DNA from: Catajapyx aquilonaris
Taxonomy: Eukaryota
DNA length: 64,000 nucleotides
NCBI GenBank assembly: GCA_000934665.2
Contig: KZ537956.1
Location: 1 to 64,000 of the forward strand
Direction: 5' to 3'
Position numbers and translations under genes: made by a program
The notes under the pieces: model-generated
Database searches by the model: none
Told to the model about the DNA's origin: nothing
What the model saw: the letters and a program-made list of their open reading frames with translations, nothing else
Part shown: piece by piece, positions 10,505-20,200 of the stretch
How positions within the stretch are numbered: the stretch's first letter is position 1
How the letters are laid out: each line of letters starts with the position of its first letter

Positions 10505-11982
10505 CACTGTACTCCTGATTACACTATGCAACACGATATTTGTCCATGGAAATTTATTGTTATTTCCATGTTCCTTAGGTCATTCGTAACTCATAATGGG
10601 TATTCATTTTGTCTTTGATTTGTTTTTGACCTTGGGGCAGTTAAAAAACCAAAATCCTCAAATATAGCAGTTTTTTCCCAATCAGGTGGGCCTAAATGTT
10701 GCTAGACCATCACGGATTTTTCTGAAAATAATCACCGCATGCTGTACACACCTATTCCATAACACTGCATATCAAGTTTCAGCCAAATTGCGAAATACCT
10801 TTGGGAGGGAAAAAAATCGCGGAAATTTGAATATGGGGCCTTTTTTGGATAATTTTTTTCAGTTATTGGAAGTGGTCAAAAAACCCAATCAACATATGCA
10901 TCAAATGGAAGAGAAACGCGAGTAGAATGCGCCTATGGAATTTGTTTTTCTCGAAAATGCACTCAGAAAAACATGTGTGGCATTTCATCAGGTTCACATG
11001 TCCAAGAATTTGGCTCCATTAAAATTAACGGTAATTCGTCAGGCTTCTCTATTATTTTCTCGCGAGTCATGCATGACCCAGGATTGAAACTGAACTCTGA
11101 ACATATTGAATCTTGTGTGGCTCACAACTCCTGACACCAAATATGGGCTGCTCTTGCACAAATACATCACTAATTGTTGCGGGTCTAAACACTTGGTCAT
11201 GTTACTGAACATGTGACCGATGGAATGCTACACGTTTTTCTGAGTGCATTTGACAAAAAAACAAATTCCATTCGGCGCATTCTACTCACATTTCTCTTCC
11301 ATTTTATGCACATGTTGATTGGGTTTTGACCAACTTCCAATAACCGGAAAAAAAATGTCCAAAAATTCCCAATTTTCACAATGTCACAATTTTTTCCCTC
11401 CCCACGGTATTTATTTCGCTGAAACTTGATATGCAGTGTTACGGCATAGGTGTGGACAGCTGTGATTGTTTTCAGAAAATTCCGAGATGGTTTAGCAACA
11501 TTTAGGCCCACTTGATTGGGAAAAGGCTGCTACATTTGAGGACTTCTTGTTTTTTGACTGCCCCGAGGTCAAAAACAAATCAAAGACAAAATGAATGCCC
11601 ATTATGAGTTACTTGTGACCTAAGGAACAGGAATATGATGATGAATTTCTATGGACAAAAAAAAGAGTCAACTTTTGTTGCATAGTGTTATCTGTGCTAA
11701 TGAGTGCACAGGTGTGCCAAGATAATGAGAAAACACAGATAATCCGAATTTGTGCCTGGATACCGTAAAAATGAAATATTCAGAGGTTTTTAATTAACTA
11801 CTGTACATACTTGAGTTTAAATCAGGTTTAATCGAAATAATAAAACATATGGTACCACAGATTTGTAATTTGTATTCTGGAAAATGTCTCCATTTCTTTG
11901 TTTGCCAGACATATGGACAATCTTTCGAAAGTTGATTTCTAACCTCTTTCTTGGCAATACACGGATAATCAGGAGTACAGTG
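10505..11982. mobile_element. MITE family CACTGTACTCC, copy 1, interrupted by a nested insertion
   Basis: Left TIR CACTGTACTCCTGATTA[insertion]TCTGTG matches the reverse complement of the right TIR ACGGATAATCAGGAGTACAGTG once the insert is removed. Confidence 0.75.
10522..11687. mobile_element. Non-autonomous DNA transposon with about 470-bp inverted arms and a TTA duplication (Chapaev3/CMC-like)
   Basis: TTA^CACTATGCAACA ... TGTTGCATAGTG^TTA. Arms at about 10522-11000 and 11205-11687 are diverged reverse complements, visible as mirrored ORFs MGLNVARPSR (+) and MGLNVAKPSR (-). Superfamily assignment is inferred from the termini only. Confidence 0.85.
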
Positions 11983-13152
11983 TTGGCCATTAATTGAGTC
12001 GTACTGCTAGCGACATCTTCCTTGCACTATCCATATCTTCGATTCGTTCTTCTGCCGCTTTGGAAAATGTCGCTAGCAGCATGTCCAACACTGTACAGTG
12101 TAAATTTAGATAACAGTTTTCAATTAGCCAATAAAGTTGGTGCAAATTGGCAAGGAAGGTAAGCAGATTTGCCATGGCTACAAATCCACACTAATATTCA
12201 CAGTTCTGAAAATTTCATTGCAATTTGTAATATTTTATGGCACTTTAGTACTGCCAATTTTCAAAAATTAGCAGTCTGTATTTACCTAATTACATGAGGT
12301 GGACAAGACTGAATACACTTCAGACCTTCAATTTAGGGATGGATGTTCATAATGGGTCAACTTAAACAGATAATGGATGGATGGCCATAAAGACAGCTAG
12401 TTTAGTGCAGAAATTATTTTGAGAATAGCAGTCATCATGAATGGCAAGATATGAACGCTTCTTCTCAGTCAAGAAGTGTCTTTTATCATGGGGTCCTTTC
12501 ACTTTTAAAAACTACACACCAGAACTGTTATTTGCAGCACAACCCACGCTTCCTTGGGACAAGGGAGGCACCTCCCACACGAGATTCTTAGGGAAACATG
12601 CCAGGCATCCTCAACCTAAGAACACAAGTGTATGCAGTCAAGATTACGCACAACCTCTTTCCATTGGAATACTTCCTTTTATCAAAGGTATAGCCGAAGA
12701 CCGGTGTCAGCAGTCAGTTGAGAGGACATGGCAAGAGGCTTGCTTAGGTTTCCTACCCATCCCGACAGAGCTCTGCAGTGGTTTTTGTTTGGTTTGGATT
12801 GGTTCAGAACGGTTCAGAAGGCGACAAGGCGTCCGCCAGAGTCCGAGTGTGACTGGGGCCCCGATGAAGTGCCGCTAGCGCCAAATTCCAGGATAGCGAG
12901 GACTTTTTATATTAAACTACCGTCACCATAAGGCTAGATAAGGGGTTGCAGAGGGGCTGGTTGGAAGAGTCACTGTAGCACAATAGAGCTGGATGTCATC
13001 CAAAAGCAGCCCATATCTGAATGTTTGAGGATCTGTGGCTTAGGGTTGGGTGGGGATGAGGTGGACAGGGGGGTGAAAAAAATTTAGGCTCCCTTGAATC
13101 AACCTTTTGTGTTCTTAAGAGGCCCTGCATTGGAATAGGCAATGTAGGAATT

Positions 13153-15103
13153 TTAGGTAGTCCCAGAAGCAAGGCGATCTTCTTGCAACCGCTGACCTTC
13201 GAACAAGGCAAGCATAATGTTCTGCTTCACCTGCATCTGAACATCTCCGTAATGCAGTTCCCTGATCTCTGAGGCAAGGAATCTGCCAAACAAGTCCAAG
13301 TTGTCTTCTGAGTCATCCTCAACAACCATGGTCTGGGAAGGAAGGAACACTTGGTGGGGTCTCATTACAAGCGTCCTCTCAGGTGGTTTTCCAGCTGCCT
13401 GCACTGCTGGGGTTTTCCGAGGTCTTGCTAGCTTCTTTGGAGGCGCAGCCTTTGTACTTGCACTTTTGCTTTCTCCCACCTGCAACTAATCACAGAACGT
13501 GCTCTAGTTGCCATGTACGGTGGAATATCCGTAACTCAAACATCCGTAAGTGTAAGTTTTCCACAAAAACTATGTTAGAGCACAATCTTGATAATCACAT
13601 TGCAAAGTGTACGTACCAGTGTAAGAAAAGTATTAGCAATTTACACACAAGATATTTAAATGCCCATCTAACCAAGAGATATGAAAATGTACTCTTACAG
13701 TTGGGACAACATCAACAGACTGGAGACCAAGACTCTCCAGAACCTGGATATTGTTGACTGCTCTGGTTGTTCTCACAGCTAATTCTGGAAGGGAAACATT
13801 CCATTAAATCTCACGAAACACAGTGAAATCCTCAGGAGAAAAGCAATGCTAGTAAGTATCCCCCATGAAAGGGCATGCTCAGTCATCAGCGTGCAATGGA
13901 AACACACTGTACTCCCAATTATCCGGACTAATGACTTCACCAGATAATCTGAAAGTGGTCCTAGATACAGCAAAAAAATGAGTTATTTGCAGGTTTTTAA
14001 TGTACTACTGTATATAGTGTATGCTGCTTTAATAGGGTTTGATCAAAATAACAAAACTTACCATAGTTTTTAGTTTGTCTTGTAGAAAAAGTCTGTCATA
14101 TTTCTTTGCAAATTGACATTTTTTCTGACTTCTATTTTTAATCCTGGAACCGTGCCGTGCCTGAAAGTTACGTTAACCGTGCCGTGGGGTCTTTTTAGGA
14201 CCCCACGCCATATTTTAATTTTTATTAATTTTTATGTAATACTTTTCAATGTATTGACTAGATGGAATCATGCTTTGAACATTGCCTAAAATGATCGCTA
14301 ATTCAAAATGAACATGCACTTCCTGTTATATACTTTTTTTTTAAATGGCAAACAGTTCATTGTAATTGTAATTTTAATGCATTTTAATTCCTTTGGGGTC
14401 CGAAAAGACCCCACGGCACGGTTCCAGGGTTAATTGTATGTTTTGGCCATGCGCGGATAATCCGAAACATGGAAAATCCGCACCTGAATAATCAGGAGTG
14501 CAAGTAAATTTAATTAATTAGTATCCTTGTATGCTTGAAGTATGGTTGGAATACGCCTTTCTACACTGACTTATCCTTACATTATTGAGAAGTGTGGCGG
14601 AGTTTCCTTCCACCCCACTCAAGAGTCTGACCTTTTGCAACGGGCGGTCCCTTCACGGCCTTAACGTGTAGGACGTTGACAATGATGTCTCCGCTGGTGT
14701 TGAAGTAGAATGGATGGCTCTCATGCAGATGGTACTTGAGGTCAAGGGCGTCCCCTCTGTCGCTGACGTCCTTCTGGCACGAGTAGCACGTCCACACACC
14801 GTCCCCCTTCCTGCTGAACAGGGACTGGATGCGCGTGGCCTGGCCACCCACACCCGGGCCGGGCCTGTGGCTCTCTGCGTCGGGCGTCATCTGGCCCTCC
14901 TCCTCCTGGCCGGGCTGCTGATCCTCCTCCTCCTCGTCGTCGCTCGTGCTGAGGCTCAGGTCTTGGCTGCCGGGATACTCGCTCAGGGTGCGGGCGAACT
15001 CCGCGATCCTCTTGCGGGTGCTCTCCCCTATCCTGCTGCTGGTCCTCTGGGCCGTCCCCGCCGCCTGCTTCGACTTGGGCTCGCAGCTTACCTGGCTGTT
15101 CAT
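13153..15103 (-). CDS. BED zinc finger + C-terminal BESS-like protein B, paralogue of A, about 294 aa; exons 15103-14632, 13784-13699, 13479-13153
   Basis: WTCYSC...LKYHLHESHPFYFNTSGDIIV aligns with gene A, and DLFGRFLASEIRELHYGDVQMQVKQNIMLALFEGQRL is closely similar to gene A. Same intron phases (1, 0), total 885 nt. Acidic N-terminal extension. Confidence 0.8.
13905..14505. mobile_element. MITE family CACTGTACTCC, copy 2 (in intron 1 of gene B)
   Basis: CACTGTACTCCCAATTATCCGG at 13905 and ATAATCAGGAGTGCAAGT at about 14488-14505 resemble the TIRs of copy 1. Confidence 0.6.
14142..14429. mobile_element. piggyBac-like MITE, 288 bp, nested in copy 2
   Basis: TTAA^TCCTGGAACCGTGCCGTG ... CACGGCACGGTTCCAGGG^TTAA, plus internal GGGGTC..GACCCC subterminal repeats at both ends. 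Confidence 0.8.
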
Positions 15104-15198
15104 GCTTCTGTGCTTCCCGATTCAGGGACACACGTGTCCCGGACAATTATACGCCACAGGGAAGAAGGAGGAGGCTGTCAACTCTTGCTGGGACAGTA

Positions 15199-15256
15199 TA
15201 TCGAAGTACCGATCCTGTGCGCATACCGACATCGCCTTGCTCTATCGGTATCGATA
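15199..15256. promoter_or_regulatory. CGATA cluster with a perfect DRE (TATCGATA, 15249-15256) upstream of gene B
   Basis: TATCG at 15199 and 15243 and TATCGATA at 15249-15256, 100-150 bp upstream of the ATG. Confidence 0.55.
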
Positions 15257-15379
15257 CCAATTGCGTCTCGCCGGAGAGACACCATCTTTCTTACTGTAAT
15301 GGTCTAACCGTACCGTATCTAATCTTATGCACTATCAACACGAAACAAGAGTTCTTCATTTGCTGTTTAAATTTCAGTA

Positions 15380-15571
15380 CACTGTAAACCACAAAGCATT
15401 AAAAGAGCATCACTGGTGATCACTCCCATGGATGAGCATCAATTTTTAATGCTCTTTTAATGTTCCTGTGATGCTTTTTTGTTGCTAAAATGCATCACAA
15501 GAGCATTAAATATTGATGCTCCATAGGAGACTACGTAGTAATGCTCTTTTAATGTTTTGCAGTTTACAGTG
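15380..15571. mobile_element. Palindromic MITE, 192 bp, CACTGTAAA termini
   Basis: TA^CACTGTAAAC..CATTAAAAGAGCAT ... ATGCTCTTTTAATG..GTTTACAGTG^TA. Almost the whole element folds back on itself. Confidence 0.8.
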
Positions 15572-17293
15572 TAGTCTAAGTACACATATTGCATTGATGC
15601 AAAAATTGTAGGGAATACAATTTTTAATAGCATCCCTATCTTTTTATTCAACTTTATTCAGAAATAACTCCACCCACAGCAGACAACTGGTCTGAAAAAT
15701 TATGAGGAAAATAACAAGACAGGTGTTAGCATACTTCAGGGGGGATTGTAATTTGTCCCAGAAATAATAATTACAAAAAAACAATTGTCGCCATGACTCC
15801 ATCCACTATACACAGTTGGCCAGCTTCTTTGTTTCTTTGTTGTTTTTTTTCTTTATAAAAAAGTATACACAAACATGTCTCTCCCTTTTATTCGTTTTTT
15901 TAAAACGCTTCTTTGCAACGTTCTTGGACAGACGGGGGCGGGGTAAGGATTTTAGGATTTTTTGGTGGTGGTTGGGAGGGAAACTTTGGGATTGCAAGGA
16001 AAAATGCCAAGCATCCAAAAAATAATTACAAAAACAAACTTAAGAAGTTTGCGCACGGCATCAGTGGCTAAGTGTAGAGGTACAACCTAAGACACTGAGT
16101 TATCCTTTTAACCAGGGTTTAGTTATCTTCCTTCTTCTTCTCACTTTTCTTCTTGGTATGCCATGTGATTCTTTGGTCCCTGGTCATATTTTTTGCCAAG
16201 AGCACATACTTGTTTTAACAGTTTTTTCTTATTTTTCATAAACCGCGCACTGAAAACACCCTACCAGACTAGTTACCTCTGTACACATTACAAACAAGGT
16301 CCATGCGCCAATGCCTGTTGATGTTAACCATTTTTTTAGTTGCCCACTTTCGAGGAAATGGATTTGGTACAAAACAATATTTTTTTTTTCTCAAAAAGAA
16401 ACATTTGGGGGGAGGGGGTCACGGTGTTAGCAGCAGAAAAATCCGCACATCTGCTGAGTCATATATAGCACCAAGTGTGAAGTGCTGCTTCTTGAACCAG
16501 TTTTCTTGTTGGGAGGAAAGGTTTTGGGGGAAAACAACTAGTCGCACCATTTTTTTTTTTTTTGGCCTTCCGGGAGAGCCGTGCAAAAAATCGCAACCCG
16601 GGCAAATCGTTTTCATGTATGGTATGCAAAAAAATATTCATGCATAGTATGAATTTGTCAGCAGTAAAAAAATTGCGTTCGTAACCAAAACTTTTCGAGG
16701 GGGCGTTGATGACTGGAACACTTGTGTAGGATTTTTTGGGCGGGAAGGTGGGGACGGAACTCAGGAAACTTTTAAACAACTTTGAGGGAGGGTTTGGGGG
16801 GAAGGGTGCACTCNGGGGCGTTGATGACTGGAACACTTGTGTAGGATTTTTTGGGGGGGGAAGGTGGGGACGGAACTCAGGAAACTTTTAAACAACTTTG
16901 AGGGAGGGTTTGGGGGGAAGGGTGCACTCAGTCTTCACCAACAAAAAAAAAACAAAAAATGTCTGCCATACTTTAAAAAAAAGAGCTAACAATGTACACA
17001 AAAGCTTGAACTGCTATTTTTGAGGCACTCTTTGTAGGACAGTTTGACTTCTGCTTACAATAATATCCTCCGAGGGGTGGTCACCCATCTCCTGCTTCTC
17101 CTTCTCTTCCCATTGTCTTCTCGCTAACCTGCCAAATTGTCTTACGTATGTTTGCTTCCTTCTTACTTCTCCTCCAGCACAAATGCTTGCAAAATCAGCA
17201 AATATTATCTTTTTTTCAGGGTTGGGAAATGTTATCACAGTCTTCTTGGGAGTAGTCTTGGTTGGCTAGCAGGAGATCGGGTGACCAGCAGTG

Positions 17294-20200
17294 TCAGCAA
17301 GTGGATGTCTCTTCCCCTTCCAAGGTGCAGGCGACATTCTCCAGCTTGTGCGCCAAGTGAGTCTTCTTGCAGTACGGATCTGTCTCCAGCACCTCTAATA
17401 TCTACCGAGTGAAACGAGCAGGATTAGTAGTTATGCAATGAATGAGTTATATCCTGTCAGTACGACATGATAGATCGAGACTAACCTGCTCGCTATACTT
17501 GGTGACATAGATGTAAAGCTCCTTAAGTGCACAGATGACATCAAACTCTCCGAGATGTGCCATGGATAGCTGCTGCATGGCTGAGTTCATCTCCTGGTCA
17601 GGGATTTGCGGGAGGGCCTGCACATCCGCGTAAAACTTGGACACCATCTGGCGGTAGTGAGGGATGTCCTTGGCAAAGAGGAGCTTGTTGGACGGGGAGT
17701 CCTTGCCCAGTCGGTGCTCGGACGTGGAACATGAGTCCATGAAGGTCTGTGCTATCACTGACAGGCAAGAGTCCACTGTCGTCGTCTTGTTCACGTCAAA
17801 GATGAAGTCTGGGTTCTTGATGAAATTCACCCAGAACCTCAGTGGAAGACTGAAAAAATTGTCCACAGCTTAGCCAATGTGGTTCGGATGGACACTATTG
17901 GTCAGCTAAAAAAGGGAACCTCATATATTGGGAAGAATGCTTTACCTGTTAGACTTCCAGGCATGCACAACCTCTGGATCCGTGATCCCATGCCTCCTTG
18001 CAGCCTCGTCTAGGAGATCAAACACCCATTTGACGGCAGGAGGTAAGACATCGTTGGCGGTGAGAATGGTGGCAAAGAAGTCATCAACAAACTTCTGCAC
18101 CGTCCCTTTAGTGGAGAGCAACCTGGTCAAAAATATCTCAGGTATTGCCTTGTGCGTTCTCTCCACCAGCTGCTTACTGCTCTGGTAAGCATTCTCATCC
18201 ACTGGCTTCAGCAGGTGGAAGACCCTGACGTTGGATCCTCCCCCGCCACCTACACCTCCTCCCACTCCCACCCCTCCCACCACTCCTCCTCCCCCGCCCA
18301 TCCCTCCCTCTACGTCTCCGTTGGCAGTAATGACTGGACCCAAGGAGTTGAAGTACATGCCCCCAGTTCCTTGCCAATCGCAATTCTGGCAAGGCTGCTT
18401 GCAGTTGGCATTGTAGGCGTCATTCTGACGTGGGATCAACGACATGACTGCTGACTCCTTGACTCCATAGTGCGCCAAAGTGTTGATTTTGCGCCAGCCG
18501 TCCACTGTCTTCGTCGTCAGATCTTCGTCTTGGAGGGTCAGATGGCCTCCTCTGCCATGCCTCCATTCTGGGACAAGAAGAGAAAGGTGTGAGTCAGTGC
18601 AGTCATGTGATACAACTGTGGTTGAATGGACTGGATATTCGTATCATACCTAGATCCAAGTCTTGTATGGCTGGCCTGAGAGAGTGAGGTGTGCTTTTGT
18701 ACAGTGCGTCCAGGATCTTGTACTTCACTTGGCTTATGGTATCACAGTCCAACACTTTGCACTGGATCTTCTCGTCCAGATCCTCTTGCACCACTTGAAG
18801 CGTCTGGAAAAACAAGTCATTTAGATTTGGAACGCACTCTCAATGTCACATGCAATTTAAATGGATGTGTAGATTAGAAAACACTGTTCATGCAGCAAAG
18901 CCACGGAGCCCACAAACTGCATTGTAAAGCCATGAACCCAATCAGACCACCAGTCCCAAAATGCACCCATAGAAAAATACGAGACAAGGAAGCCAGAAAA
19001 TGGGGAACCACATACTTGGTAAGCCTCGTACAGAATCTTTTCATAATGCGGGTCGTCTTGCACTAGATGTATGTTCTAAAAGGGGAAATGGAGAAAAAAA
19101 AAATAGATAGAAAAAAATTTGGCCAAGCATAATGTGGGATGACGAGGGGAGGGAGAGGATTGAAGGCAGCACCACCTAGAAACACTAAAACCACTAGACC
19201 ACAACCATGTATCATATTATCTAGCGTAACTCTCTGCCAATGTATTATGTCCATGCAACTGACCAGCACAGAAAATGTTTCAGCCTGCTCCAATTAGTTT
19301 GCAACAAGTTGCCTCTACAAAACAGCACACTTTTGTTTCCGCTGCCAGACCAAACTCAATAAGCGTTTCATCCCTTTTCCTGCCAGGAGGGTAACACGAT
19401 CCGAAGGAAGCACGTGTCTTACCACTTCTTGCACACTTTCTTGGCTCATACCAAAACGAGTTGAAATGAAAATAGGTCTAATCCACTCGCCCACCTGCAC
19501 TACTTGAGAGGAGCAACTTATGGTACTTGTTGGTTAGCCACAATTGCAAGACATAGTTCTGAATGGATTATCCTGATTTCCCCTCAACCGAGCCAAGAAG
19601 AAGTGCTGGACCTGTGCGAAAAAATTACTCACCACTGAGCCGTGGTCTATCTGCTCCCTGAGCAGCCTTTCTTCCGAGAGCGAGTATCGTGCATCATGAG
19701 TTACTGAATCCACTGGCCCTTTTTCGATCTGATGCTTGATGGCTTTGAACAAAAGGAAGAGTGGGGATCCAGCGTAGTCCTTCAGATAGTTGTACATGCA
19801 GAGTGCCATCCAGTTGGTCAACAACTTCTCCACCACTGATTCTGTGCGACGCAGCATCAGCTGTGGGTGTTTTGTTCCGACTGACTTGTTGATGAGGCGG
19901 AGGAGGAGGCTGCGGAGGACATCCGTCGCATACTCCATCTTGCCCATCAGGATGACCATCAGGAGGGATGCCACATTCACTCTGAAAAATATCATCAGTT
20001 AGCATCTCATTAAAGAGAAATTCAATCCAACTAACACCACTACTGAGAGGATGTTGTTAGTGAAAGAGTCCATATACCTGTTTTCAATTCAAAGTTACAT
20101 TTATAAAAATACACGATAAGAAATTGGAGTCTACCAAGATGATTTAACATACTGTGTGTCCAATAAGAAAAACATATTTTGGTGAAAAGCATTAACCAGT

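Noticed and set aside
10686..11511. Mirror-image ORFs MGLNVARPSR and MGLNVAKPSR
   Set aside because: By-product of the long inverted arms of a non-autonomous transposon; the frames diverge quickly.
12441..12931. 145-aa and 67-aa plus-strand ORFs
   Set aside because: No recognisable homology or splice context; more likely the 3' UTR or flank of gene B.
14255..14275. TGACTAGATGG resembling a miR-279-family 5' end
   Set aside because: It lies inside a piggyBac-like MITE and I see no complementary arm for a pre-miRNA.
14714..15307. 197-aa plus-strand ORF
   Set aside because: Antisense shadow of exon 1 of BED gene B.
16700..16929. 114-bp direct duplication either side of a single N at 16814
   Set aside because: Near-identical copies flanking an N indicate an unmerged contig overlap (assembly artefact), not a real tandem repeat.
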